The translations under genes and the position numbers were made by a program. The notes under the pieces were generated by a model. It did not search any database. It was not told the origin of the DNA and saw nothing but the letters and a program-made list of their open reading frames with translations. This document shows positions 47,101-56,000 of a stretch of DNA of 61,871 nt, one piece after another. The stretch is from positions 1-61,871 of the IMG/VR virus record IMGVR_UViG_3300025131_009312. The stretch is one strand, 5' to 3'. The DNA is from a virus (lineage: Duplodnaviria; Caudoviricetes). The stretch's first letter is position 1, and every line of letters starts with the position of its first letter.

Positions 47101-49127
47101 AAGTAACGTCTTCAACCATCAGTACCGCGGAGGGCGCGACCGACGTCGGCGTTGTATATTTTAGGAACTGTCATACTGGCGCCTATGGTAACGTGGGAAT
47201 AATTGCCACTACCAGTTCCAACGGAGACTACTACCAAAGGGTGGCTGGAATGGGCTCGGCGACTGGCGTCGGCCCCGGCGCACAACAGAGGGCGCCCTCT
47301 GTTGCTGGTGTGGACCCAGTTTACACGCTAGCGGACCAGGATCGATTTGTTATTAGTGACGGCGCCTGCGATGGCGCCCTGCAGTGGATCCCATTCTATT
47401 TAACCGGTGCGGTGAGCGGATCCACAGCCTGGAATTCAGCAGTGGCATCTACTCCATTTGCAGAGTTGACTGCTTCTGATGCCCAGTCGACCGCCACTAA
47501 CCTTGTAAATGCCATCAATGCCATGGCAAACTACGGCACCTTCCCAATGACAGCCCAATTAGCAGCAGGTGGGAGCCCATCGGCCGCCAACGCTCGAATT
47601 GATATTGTAAACGATGATGACGGCGCGTGCGGCAACCAAGCCATTACTAGTGTTCTATCCTCCGAAGCCTCTGGTTATATAAACATCCTCGGCCTCGCCG
47701 GCGGGAATGATAGCTTTGACACTACTGAATACACTGCATCTTTGGCTCCCAATCTACCTTCTTACTTCTATGGTACTAGCTCGGTCACCATTATTACTAG
47801 CGCTTCATACGGCGGCCGGCAAACAATTGGAGAGTTGTTTGGTAATGCCGAGTATATCTATGACCGGTCCTATGAAACAGGAGACTTTGATACTGCAGCA
47901 GTTGGATACTGGTTTGCTCAACAGGTCTCTGAGAGTGTAAACTTAAATGAGGTTTTCGCTGAAGGCCGCTCTTTCCGGTGGGCAATCCAAAGCAAATTCG
48001 AAACACCAGTGCTAAATTTTGCAGATATATCGCCCCCTCGTCCTGCCGCGGCCCTCTATCCTGTAAAGGCAGGGTGCGACGCAGACATCACCAGCAAAGG
48101 TATGTGGCATCAGTATGGAACAGATTTCTCTAAGGGTGATGGCATTTATTTGAATATTACTACCCCCAAACTAGTAGATTCTACCCGATATGGTACGGTA
48201 CATAATCCCTCATCATTAGCCCAGATGGTTGGTTTTGAAGAGGGAGTAAATAAAGAAATTGGCCAAGTGAGGTCTAATCAAGCACTGGAAGAGGCTGTGG
48301 TGGCAGTGCCCTTTGTGGTAAAAGCAAACCGTAGACAGTTTATAAGCTTTCCCCGTAAACGTCCGGCATCTTATGCTAGGCTTGAGGCAGCCATGGACAA
48401 ATATATTTTCCCACCGAAGTTTGATTTCCTCCAGTTTGATTCCGTCAAACCGATAATCATGTATGTTTTCGAATTTAGCATGGATTTGAAAAAGAAGGAT
48501 CTCACCGACATGTGGCAAAACCTGGCCCCTGGTGGAACAACGCCGAAAATGGCAGTAGATGAGGTAATAATTGAAGACAAGAAATTGATCAACAAAATGT
48601 TGACGGATAATGAGAATCTCCAATGGATGGTATTTAAAGTGAAGAGACGCGCCACGAAGGACTTTGAAATTCAGCGTAGGTTACAATTGGTCGATTCCAC
48701 TAACCAAATTACTCCCTCTATCGGGCATTATACATACAATTGGCCTTATGACTATTTCTCCTTAGTCGAGTTGGTAAAGATGGACGAATCAGTACAGTAC
48801 GCATCAACGGATATTATTGTTGCAGATGGTGAACCTATCGCGACCGCTGAGGCGGCGTCAGGACGCACGAGGCTCCCAACCTCTATCTCGGCTCGTGAAC
48901 TCACCGCCGGCGCCACTGGTACCCCCATAGCGGGCGTCACAGAGGGCTCCTTCGATGTCGCGACCCCAATCGTTCCCGTAAATCTAGTCGACCCCGATAC
49001 TGTGGGCGCCCAAAAGAGCGATACAAAGACTCAAAGATCTACAAAGAGCACCGTGAAAAAGTCTTCCGCGAAGACAGTCAAAAAGCAAAAGAGAAGTTAT
49101 AGCACCAAAAGTAGGTCTAAGAAGTAA
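38121..49127 (+). CDS. Giant baseplate/tail protein (3668 aa), gp7/P2 gpI-like core with two LamG (concanavalin-like) domains
   Basis: IYKSKGTEKSFRNLIRCFG (~39846); LamG1 TIEFW...WHHYAVT...LYIDG...DELRYW (~38640-39340); LamG2 TIAFW...WIHIAIS...IYVNG...SDMAFWN (~42750-43400). Confidence 0.8.
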   Translation: MSFKTLFDKATAVTALANKNSKQIGGEVESRQYHTQDIIHEKRFIPRIDYSDPKNFARYGSAEEYYAQSIGRILDNYPYDGSLKERIQWENESTYVDLHILDNLYPRTNGFIHLSQGGWGTAASISSDGYGLPNTLEYIYLEGGPHGNPTGPTPYAQQFTGSNYYDPDTNRESNLKFDLQNQGATIEFWLKKDAWASSLTTNEVLFDMEASNTGTEQNRFRVALNSTSSSPFYITALSGGVGITDEALGSSVTIADGLWHHYAVTLKSVAAGIQTKLYIDGGLNVSSVLGSTGINEVTGALVATVGSLVAATAAGGAQYAGKLSGSLDELRYWKTRRTGEKIGRYWFDQVGGGTNTDPQAFTDTQEEVNTTLGVYYKFNEGITGDTSIDSTVLDYSGRVSNGTWTGYTTESRATGSAIVISKAAIKEFKDPIIYGQHPDVIMLQSSLQVTGSNHDTENAAMVYKSIPGWITEDDEETTGNLKKLTQIMGSYFDTLQLQTESLNLLKDVEYVSGSNKPIPFADRLLNSHGLVAPEIFLDADILEKLADRSEDKLYEKTLNDLKNIIYQNIYNNLTYIYKSKGTEKSFRNLIRCFGIDDELIKLKLYAKNTQYEFRENRRTLILPTKYVNFNATNATEATVFGFKDPSGSYENTTGYLTSSVELTGGFAYTFETDVFFPEKKDITNPTYADTNTLSASLFGIHGTIGSETDTAWPEVAGSVVDDKVNFQVYACRDELDSKNVKFVLTGTQGGVVPLMESSLYEDTYSDVTWNLSVRVKPERYPLAAFSTGADTGAYTIELHGIKVQAGEITDSFNISDTISAASNPDGGFMTGSKRPYVGAHRTNFTGTILQPTDVRIEASRFWVNYVEDEALRAHALDSENHGAFQPHQYAYPFASDGHYGDVVEFDTLAFNWEFSQNTGSNALGQMVVADESSGSNVTTAYQGLGELLNKQYTALGYGFPQSSTEPIVKDFVVISRLNDVETIGPAETINVLSAQDQHVFKIDSRPINYYFSFEKSMYNTISEEMVNYFGTLKDFNTLVGAPVNRYRPDYKQLAFLKQKFFENVANDEIDFDKFYELYKWFDSTLSFLLGQLVPASADFADNIRTMVESHALERNKYNNILPFVDKENTVFEATMSSSVDYGDAISSPDDEPQGTGFYPAHAPTKRATGLSNRGMVKKWKYVHAPVSDDPTEKYLWWKNKAERNTPTIDVPAGVLTSRAQILRSIRMADQREEGKPYRFNVAGSYDLQGVGTGYNFKPYMLYPSIAPFGGNAAGTNAPRDIAFISGSTVETLLNTTDEFYPTYKQRLGFAVDLDKNKNDSIADPEPGGHIAPFSLYNATLTNTPSSFRPNTAITNLHHDYVADNSIPAQGPFTEKYVGGRRFRHVELNTGTDTALTRPEGFKLQFSEVSSSAGGKFSGSLAILPPNSTGLITRAEIPTAQRLRDETAKRPVNIKNIFMTTASAGERLSNIATHGKIGNYQKNYQVIQTSGRSQNDPYFVEQSFNFALNPQNPYPRSTFNNRFPLQNPLSATQASGETLRVANTKAIVLWDGPNIHYQFTAPAGLNSNEAETIAFWVKADSSDLGGYIIYNADGGTRRLVTIEATGQVAFLVGLASGNHTWITNDSATAGDEWIHIAISYDASSDATTPNIYVNGTAVAIYESGTPGSGDPDDWSSTVLVGNTTSVNFQGYISDMAFWNTALDAPTIASLYARSTANLINASWVASPLMWYRCGNGATDTAATIVDQMGTANLTSTSGLKEIVDIPPGSCLGTSLDNFALPNRDGINSNQTVFVNHFSAPGGYKTLSRGYLDPAHEELSVYNALPYRNRGVIDYGLSGSASADPSIAQAEHVVGQLLRTRGLNQRASLHCGQYGIDAAYGSITAQSTRVDGGTGYSSTPSWHKTNRNTLRRMESGSTGYAAASTYDNLYVQHQIPQSAQQYAWITASLAPGESIMVLQPPTCISASSLTQLLTASAVGYSRYWSYNSALMYGATGRGGFNASSQGLQFLPVDFLGLSTIVVDPVSASTHTLGYSLDLPLYTKLTTYYAKSDYINPSTMPPQAFAAGGNIITNLANGAPGHASILNSILLNRNGPYGYPTWKQIRTGETRTARALRRQNKIGTVKVPPLVKNVVASTGVELGFVRAKQPVGFVDFVEQPLSSRYSPIFVATEDNTANSNVRNNIQLNVAYGNRFDNFSNEGLNNLLNIPPPDIYNNPFTNIADSIVRSQLSTMMIYSERIYPAEINAYKNIVRNRTTFTISNVWNADRGVRSATQTRSNSQGDIVDYQSIWALDPQLNFSTVAPALSNITDGSGELQNMYNRFGVQSTGYTDGSITASAIYASRVPVGYSEGATSSANLVYGGAASFVTPMDADKMPYERYEDWVQHLRLIGKDYSIVPEFRLSELMETYLETYDGNFLAEVTGALTLTGSSAEISNNQEQFYKTYTNADFMKYFEVVDNMLDNQRSGDLKIQREKLALRCTALLKFLPYKGFYPSERIMELASLFSSSYGDNFETIAAAADGSTTTNPTTYRAIVEPLFAPGIWFNSVKSGVGVGSWVTVNTAPDSVSSQDDISRSGQQKDAGITVLPEGSVCYGQGSLFSASLSRNANTYHLERVPFEASYRPEEFLSQKSVTGSYIWDSGMGTASLAFNNGNKYTKNRVKWNGAGKDLYRLAADNFLCETTNFFMDDMVSFISSPENQFSEKTQEGEVFALTLNFNRPMTRQLGITAGGDPDRTRFELYNRASAFGSPFILDEGYPMTTTGETASGSIELTSSLVSSGIQAQGYIELTGAMVGGVAASGNIKVDSWADNITGQGIRLYNAEGTEYYTYTFSSTSPTSADTINTTNSNSDQLKEIQLAVELSAWDGTTRINTVDITVLELTQSATGTAGNTAIGEDGGGLSSTDFINGANATGWSITTGDRWTISDGGTNSYNYLQPGTVRTATFAATSSGDPCAYDGCFEIVNTGDANADILATIQSFYDTVNTYQAANPDYKVTSSTISTAEGATDVGVVYFRNCHTGAYGNVGIIATTSSNGDYYQRVAGMGSATGVGPGAQQRAPSVAGVDPVYTLADQDRFVISDGACDGALQWIPFYLTGAVSGSTAWNSAVASTPFAELTASDAQSTATNLVNAINAMANYGTFPMTAQLAAGGSPSAANARIDIVNDDDGACGNQAITSVLSSEASGYINILGLAGGNDSFDTTEYTASLAPNLPSYFYGTSSVTIITSASYGGRQTIGELFGNAEYIYDRSYETGDFDTAAVGYWFAQQVSESVNLNEVFAEGRSFRWAIQSKFETPVLNFADISPPRPAAALYPVKAGCDADITSKGMWHQYGTDFSKGDGIYLNITTPKLVDSTRYGTVHNPSSLAQMVGFEEGVNKEIGQVRSNQALEEAVVAVPFVVKANRRQFISFPRKRPASYARLEAAMDKYIFPPKFDFLQFDSVKPIIMYVFEFSMDLKKKDLTDMWQNLAPGGTTPKMAVDEVIIEDKKLINKMLTDNENLQWMVFKVKRRATKDFEIQRRLQLVDSTNQITPSIGHYTYNWPYDYFSLVELVKMDESVQYASTDIIVADGEPIATAEAASGRTRLPTSISARELTAGATGTPIAGVTEGSFDVATPIVPVNLVDPDTVGAQKSDTKTQRSTKSTVKKSSAKTVKKQKRSYSTKSRSKK
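46413..47711 (+). repeat. Three nested protein-level repeats inside the giant protein
   Basis: Three consecutive start strands ASGSIELT / AQGYIELT / ASGNIKVD, then three bodies each with GxxGN (TGTAGNTAI, TGAYGNVGI, DGACGNQAI); two share DRxxISDG. Confidence 0.65.
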
Positions 49128-49134
49128 TTAAGGT

Positions 49135-50148
49135 ATGGGATTTTTTAACAAAAAAGACGATGTGTTAGGCCTAGAATTGACAGCCTATGGCCGTTATCTT
49201 CTTTCACAAGGAGAGCTTGAGCCAGTCTATTATGCTTTTTTTGACGATGATATCTTGTATGATCTTGAGGCCGCCGGCGCAGCAGAATTTCAGAACGATG
49301 CAGAGCGCCGTATCAAGTACAATACACCTTCCATCAGGACGCAGCCCAATCGAACGGGGGCCGAAACTCGCACAAATGAATTTTTATTAAATGTTACGGA
49401 AAGTGGTAATTTTACCACCATTTCTGATAACTCCGTGAAGTTTGTAAATCGGTTCAATAACGCTCCTAATCCGTTTGAGTCACAGTCCGATGAGGTTTAC
49501 ATTGCTCCTTTGGGGAACAGCGATCTCAAGACAGATTACGCACCGGCGTGGCATATTAACATGCTTCACGGAGAAATCACTAGCAGTCTAGACTATAGAA
49601 CATCCAACCTGACGTCCAGTAACCCGGGCCTCGCGACCGGGTTTGTGCAAAACATTCCTCAACTTGATATTACGTTAGATTATAAAACTTTTTTCACAAC
49701 GGATGAGGAGGTAGGTTTTTTGACCGCAGGGCCCATCATCGAAGTCTCGACTGGCACACCAGTAAATTATACTAAAGTTGCCGGCCCCCTGAATATGGAT
49801 AGTATTGCTTTATATATGGAGGAAGATTATTTATTGGTAGATATTGAAGAAATAAACGGAGTATTTGGAAAGGAAAACTTTGATGTGCAGGTTTTTCTCA
49901 CTAGTAGTACTGAAACCCCCGGCAACAAATTACTGCCTCTAGACTACGTGGATCAGTCTTCTCAGTTAACGGCCTTAGAGAGCAGTACAGTAGAATATCA
50001 CTTAAATGTACTGGTAGATAGGGAAATCCCAATGCAAGTTCAAGAAACACACGACATCAAGAAGTATATTAATCAGAACCCAGGCGCCCGGTTGCGCCTA
50101 GGCCGCGACCTCTATGGGACCACACCCAACGAGGAGCCTTGCGAATGA
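49135..50148 (+). CDS. Baseplate/tail-collar-like structural protein
   Basis: MGFF...LELTAYGRYLLSQG...YAFFDDDILYD, similar to the N-terminus of 57807..58787. Confidence 0.6.
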   Translation: MGFFNKKDDVLGLELTAYGRYLLSQGELEPVYYAFFDDDILYDLEAAGAAEFQNDAERRIKYNTPSIRTQPNRTGAETRTNEFLLNVTESGNFTTISDNSVKFVNRFNNAPNPFESQSDEVYIAPLGNSDLKTDYAPAWHINMLHGEITSSLDYRTSNLTSSNPGLATGFVQNIPQLDITLDYKTFFTTDEEVGFLTAGPIIEVSTGTPVNYTKVAGPLNMDSIALYMEEDYLLVDIEEINGVFGKENFDVQVFLTSSTETPGNKLLPLDYVDQSSQLTALESSTVEYHLNVLVDREIPMQVQETHDIKKYINQNPGARLRLGRDLYGTTPNEEPCE

Positions 50149-53072
50149 TTTATTCTGTTGCCGCTGGGTCCTTCAGGTGGACGTCCGCCTTTCCTCCTGT
50201 GTTGGTGAAGTCGGTTGATATCCTTTCCGACCCAGCCGAGCGGTTCAAATTTAAAGTGGACCTTTTAATCCAAGATACAAGGCCGCCAGAAGATACCACA
50301 CCGTTTGGTATACTGGTGGCCGCAGTCTTGGACGACAGCTATTTGGGCCTCCTCAAGTCCAAGAAATCACGTATTACGGGCCTTATTAAGATGGTTAAAA
50401 ACCAGAGGACCTCAACCTCTATCTTAGATCACGCCTTCGGTCGCGAGCCAATCGAACTGGCATCTGCGCAATTACTTTCCTACCGGGGTTTTGGTGAGGC
50501 CGATGGGGGTTCTGTAGTTTATTCTAGTGGCGACACCCCCGCGGCACAAAACAATCTCATCAGTGCTGCCTTTGAGTTCGACGCGATGCCCCCTAATGTT
50601 AGGTTGGTGGTAGTGCCTTATGGCATAAACGCTTCGGCCGACGCGCCCTCGGGTGCATCCTACGGAATCGCTGCCGACAACAGCCCTTTGGTAGTAGGTC
50701 GCCCTGTCATTGAGGCTGTTGTGGTCAATAGGTCCATCCGGCCAACAAGCAGACTTTTTCGCCTGTTAGAAAATAGCAAAGTTGGAAAAGCTGGCCAACT
50801 GTGGGTAGGGCCCGTACACCGGGCCCCAGGCGCCCGCAGTCTGATGGCCGGCGCAACCCATACCGATGAACCTCACCCTCGCGTTGGAACTGTGGCTGTC
50901 ATAAACCAAAAGATTAAAGACTATCGTCTTGCAGAGGCCATCGCGCAGTTGCCAATGACTTCGTTATGGGAAGAACCCAATCCGCAATCGCCAATGGTTT
51001 CGCACTGGCAGACCACCGCCCCCCAATCTCATTTTGGTCAGGTTATCTATAGTCGCAGCTTTAATAATCAAGTTGGAGTTATGATTCCTTTTAATATTCA
51101 ATCCTATGTCCGAGAAAATTTTGCTTTCGGTAAATTGATTAGGGACCCCGATTCTCTTATCTCGTGCGCCAAAATCGAAGATATAAAAGTATTTCGTACA
51201 AGAGTGCAAGAAAATCACTTGGGGTCGAAGCTTACCCCGGATAAGAATGGCGCCTGTAATGATTGTTATAAGATTCCCCCCACTTTGATAGGTACTCTTA
51301 AAAATGGGCAGGTAAAGCTCTTGGATCTGCAGGTTCCTACTGAAATGATTCATCATATTTTTGTAAAAGACACTTATATGGCCGACGCGGCGCAAAGTCA
51401 TTTTGAGTATCAGGTTGAGATTGACATGGTGGATGATACTCCGAGTGCCCTATCACTCCTTCTTCAGGGTCTCGATACGGCTCTGCATAATTATGAGGCT
51501 TATTTAAGAGCCCTCCAGGGTGACGGTAATGTACCAGAGAACTATCAGACCTTTCTTAATGCCAATGCCCAGACCTTGTCAACGCGAAAAGAGTGGAAAG
51601 CCCTAATAGTGGAGTTTTTAAAGGTTGTTGGTTTTATTTATGGGTTTCAGAGGACTCACTACAAAGATCCAATTCTCTGGGCCCTTAAGATGCTTCCACT
51701 CGCTAGTCCATATTCGGCATCGATTGAGTCAGCCTCCATACTTAAAGAGTTGATATTTAAATATCGCCGGCGACTGGGTGATATGTTTGGGAAAACATCG
51801 GTTCAAAAGTCCGAAGCACCGCCGAACCTTAATCAACAAATTGGCCAGGCGCGCCCATCCCGCCGTCGATTAAAAATAGTACACGCCATAAAAGAGGCCT
51901 ATTATAACGAACTGGCGCCTCACGTCGGGTTCGATTACCTGGGAGAGTTTGTCTCTCAAGGCGCGACCTTTGACAACATCACCCACCAGAAATATATTCA
52001 GCGTACCACTGCTGAAATGGACAAATATGGACTGACAAATCCATCCTCTCAGGGAGTTAACAAGTATGGATTCTTGTCTCCCCGTGTAATCCGTACCGCG
52101 GCCCAACACCTGCAGACGGCCCGCGAAATGCCCCTCCCGAGTTCCTATGATCTTTATCAGGCTAACTTGCTGCCTTCGACGACAGAAAAGAATTTCATTA
52201 GTAATACAGGGAACCCTCTCGACAGTGAATCTTTCCTGGTTAATCGAATATTAAATTATGAGGGTGTTTCTTATGGACGTCTTCCAAAGCCGATATCCCA
52301 GATAGCCGAAGAATATATATCACCCCCCAGTGCCGATAGAGATACTTCGGATTATTTTGGCGAAGACTCCTCTATTGTTTTTGATAATAGAGCCTCTGAG
52401 ACTGCCATTTATGGAAGTGATGTGCCATCTTATCTTAAAAGTCTTAAAAACGCCGCTGATTTAGTGGATAATCCAATTGTTCGGATGACTCTTAATGGTA
52501 TAATTGGGAACTCTAGAGAGGTAAGAACAACAGACATAGAAAAAATCAATGGCTCGTTTGCGCACAAACAACTTTTATTTGACGAAGAATCCCTAGCCGG
52601 CATGAATTTATTCGAGATAGAGATAAATTTTAATTCTGTAGTTAAGATAGAATACTTCGCCGGGTACAATGGTTCTCTGCGCAACCAGGTGTGGAACATC
52701 TTGACGCCCACACAACTGACATCGCTAAACAGTGGAGAGAGAAGCACGTTTTTGTGTCGAATAACAGACCTAGGCTCAGTACTCAACGAGCCTAATATTT
52801 TCAAATTGCCCGGATTTAGTCAGTATTTTATTTTAGGATCTCCGCCCGCGACCAGCGGCCTGGCTCTTCAGAGTCGGTACGCCAATCGTTATAAGGATAT
52901 CGGTTCTACTGTGAAGTCTTTAATGCTCGAACCCATAATAAACACGAATACTGCTGAAGCATCGGTCTTCCCGCAGTACACGGTTTCGGCCGAAATGATT
53001 TATGAGCCTCAGCCGGGCCTTACTGGGCTGGGCGTCTCCTCGGCAATGACGACAACAGGAGATTCATACTAG
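50145..53072 (+). CDS. Putative virion structural protein (~975 aa)
   Basis: ATGA overlap with GAGGAG RBS gives start 50145; located in the baseplate module. Confidence 0.6.
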   Translation: MIYSVAAGSFRWTSAFPPVLVKSVDILSDPAERFKFKVDLLIQDTRPPEDTTPFGILVAAVLDDSYLGLLKSKKSRITGLIKMVKNQRTSTSILDHAFGREPIELASAQLLSYRGFGEADGGSVVYSSGDTPAAQNNLISAAFEFDAMPPNVRLVVVPYGINASADAPSGASYGIAADNSPLVVGRPVIEAVVVNRSIRPTSRLFRLLENSKVGKAGQLWVGPVHRAPGARSLMAGATHTDEPHPRVGTVAVINQKIKDYRLAEAIAQLPMTSLWEEPNPQSPMVSHWQTTAPQSHFGQVIYSRSFNNQVGVMIPFNIQSYVRENFAFGKLIRDPDSLISCAKIEDIKVFRTRVQENHLGSKLTPDKNGACNDCYKIPPTLIGTLKNGQVKLLDLQVPTEMIHHIFVKDTYMADAAQSHFEYQVEIDMVDDTPSALSLLLQGLDTALHNYEAYLRALQGDGNVPENYQTFLNANAQTLSTRKEWKALIVEFLKVVGFIYGFQRTHYKDPILWALKMLPLASPYSASIESASILKELIFKYRRRLGDMFGKTSVQKSEAPPNLNQQIGQARPSRRRLKIVHAIKEAYYNELAPHVGFDYLGEFVSQGATFDNITHQKYIQRTTAEMDKYGLTNPSSQGVNKYGFLSPRVIRTAAQHLQTAREMPLPSSYDLYQANLLPSTTEKNFISNTGNPLDSESFLVNRILNYEGVSYGRLPKPISQIAEEYISPPSADRDTSDYFGEDSSIVFDNRASETAIYGSDVPSYLKSLKNAADLVDNPIVRMTLNGIIGNSREVRTTDIEKINGSFAHKQLLFDEESLAGMNLFEIEINFNSVVKIEYFAGYNGSLRNQVWNILTPTQLTSLNSGERSTFLCRITDLGSVLNEPNIFKLPGFSQYFILGSPPATSGLALQSRYANRYKDIGSTVKSLMLEPIINTNTAEASVFPQYTVSAEMIYEPQPGLTGLGVSSAMTTTGDSY

Positions 53073-56000
53073 TGTCTATTCCTGTGTTAAATATGAAGGC
53101 TTATGTTGATAAAACAACATTAGTTCTAGGCCCCCAAGAGCGTCTGCTGGGCAATTTTCAGATTCATCCCCTCATCCGAGAGGATTGGAGTTCTAAGGAT
53201 TGGTTCTGCGACGCGATGAATCTGGGGCACACACTTACGGCTTATGATCCTTATTATAATGAGACAGCCGGATCATATGACCCGCTCCCTGCGAACGAAT
53301 TGTTTTATGTGGCCACTACCGGAAAACGCCACAGCGGCCCTTATAATATGTTTCACACAGATCCAGATGTAACAATAGCGCACGATGCCGATTGGGGCAC
53401 ACTCGAACAGGCCCATTGGATTTACCCCCCTTCGGGATGGCCTTTCTCCTTGGGGACTCATCAATCGGTTGGAGCCAATCCGGCCTCAGCCCTTGAAATA
53501 TGGGCCCAACCCCAGCACACCCTTAACCAACCGGGAGTCAAGAGTGCCTTTAACGTCCATCCTCGAAATGCTGCCTGGAACGAGGGGATCCTCGGCAATC
53601 CCACCGGCAGCATGGAAAACTTTCTATCACAAGAAGGTTATGGTACCGCGTGGGCCGGTGATCCCTATTTTGTAAGTTATACTACTCGGCCCGGAGGCCT
53701 GGAGCCCACGGATGATCGGATGGCCGGCGCCACAACCTCCAACGAAAGTATCTTCAATCATATGGTGAATAACACGGACTGGATCCACGATCACACCTTT
53801 ATAATGCCGGAGAACCAAGAGGTCAGTTCTCAGGCGAGTATTGGTTTAACCGTTCAGCCTGTTTATAATTATTTTATTGACTCAGATCCTGATTATGAGT
53901 CTATAATCGCACAGTTACCCGAGCCAATGATTCCCAACTACTATATGGTGGAATCGTCTCTCCAGGAAGGCAGAGATGCCACCTCTGTGTACCCGGCTAA
54001 TTTTACCTACATGGAGGGAGCTACCGAGAACGGCTCTTCCTATCCTTTGCGCTTTGGGTTTGATGCAACTCAAGGCGCCTCCCAGCTTGGTTCGTTAAAA
54101 GCTCTCTTCGAGGGAGACTCATCAACTGGTCCATCTGCCCCCTATGATAACCGTCAAGGCTTTTATCAACTCTATGCATCTATAATGGAAGATATTATTA
54201 AAGGTAATTCCGACATGGATCTCGCCACTGCCACAGAACGCGCAAACGCCCAGTTTAGGGATATTGCAGTTTTGACAGCCGATTTACAATATATTAGAGG
54301 TGGTGTCGACATTATTGCTGACAATCGTGGCAACAACGATACAACTGATGATATGATGGCAATCGACGGATATCCGTTTTATAATATGGTCACCATCTCT
54401 CCGGCCCTTCCTCCCAACTTTTACGATAACAGCCAGTACAAGATTAGTGGATTTCAGCACGGAACCGGCCTCGGCGCGCCAGGCTCCCAGATGGGCTCCA
54501 TATTTGATTCTCTTCTCAAAAATCTCTCGGCCCCTCTGAAGCCCGGAGACTTCGATACATTGATTAATACACTCCAACTGATTGTATGTAAAAGCTTGTC
54601 GGCCGCCAGCGACCTCCCCCCGGTGTTGGCTACTGGAATCTCCGGCTCCACATCCACTACTTTCGTTAGAGGCGACAACGAGGCTACCACTTGGCCCCGC
54701 GTCGCCGCCCCGGTGCGCACTGCCGGCGATGCCAACTATAATCTACCAGTGGCCTTCGAACTGGAGAGGCTTCTGTCTTATATGAGCCCAAGCTATGATC
54801 AAAGTGTGATCGACCCGGCAATTCCCGCGTGGGATTCTCCGGCTAGCCAAAAAGACGAAGAATTGGCCAGGCATTTGCATGTTTCTTGGGAGATGAATAA
54901 CAACATAGGAAATGAAAATAAGAATTTTACCATCCTACGAAATCCGGCTCACGTCTCGACCTGGCACCAAAATCTCTGGGGGACCGACCCTGGAATGCGG
55001 CTCCCGGCCCTGGATAACATCGTCCCCCCGAGCATGGTCCGCGCCCTTCTAGACCAAATCGCCATCCGCGCGCGCCCACTAGGGGATGTTTGGAACGGCA
55101 CACCAAGTTTCTCAGAAACGTTTATGTATGTGGTCGAGAAGCGCGCCATCCCCGCCGGATCAACTACCGCAGATCTGTCGCAACCCCCGGTACAAAAATT
55201 TTATTTTGGCATCCCATATGGTGCCCCACAAGACACCATTCAATATATTGATACCCAGATCAAATATGGTGTACGATATCAGTATGACCTAAAAGAAGTG
55301 CGGGTAGTTGTAGGCAGCCGATATCGCTATACGGCAGCAGAGTCCACTTTAAATCTTGAAGACCCCGGCCAGGGTCGAGCCCTAGCAAATGCTTTAGGGT
55401 TCTACAAGGAGGAGGGCCCCCGCGAAGCCCAGCTCGTACCATTGGAAATCAAGCTGCGTGAGGCGCTGTTCATGAACAACAACAACACCTGGCCCTACCC
55501 TCCCTATGCTGAAGAGGATGAAAATGTGCACTCCCTTTCCGCATCCATCGGGACCCCCGGCCATATGACCCTGAATAGCACCGGTTCCACCGGCTTCGGG
55601 TGGGGCCAGGGGCATCTTATTGGCTATTATTGTTATAGTCTGCCCGGTAACACGACCATTTTTGATCTCGTCGGCGGCCCATCAAACCCGGCGAACTGGG
55701 GGCCATATATATTCAATATCTTAGATCCCACTTTAGCCGCGAACTACGGTCACCCCAACGATTATATGCTTTCGGTCGACTGGTCAAAACTTAATATTAA
55801 AATTAAGCCCGGCGCCGGAATGGGAGGAAATGAAACTGGTGGCGCCATACCGGCTGAGCCAGGCGCCATTGACCCCGCGCCGCCGGCGGATCCGCCTGAT
55901 GTCTCTGGGGAACCACCCGTCTCCATTCCCAGCTGGCTCCCCCCGGCCACGGGGGTGGGGGTAATAGATCAGCAAGATCTTCTCAGCGTAGTCGAGACTG

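Noticed and set aside
38121-49127. Intein or intron explaining the giant ORF
   Set aside because: No C/S...HN-C/S/T splice motifs or LAGLIDADG/HNH signature noticed, and the frame is uninterrupted.
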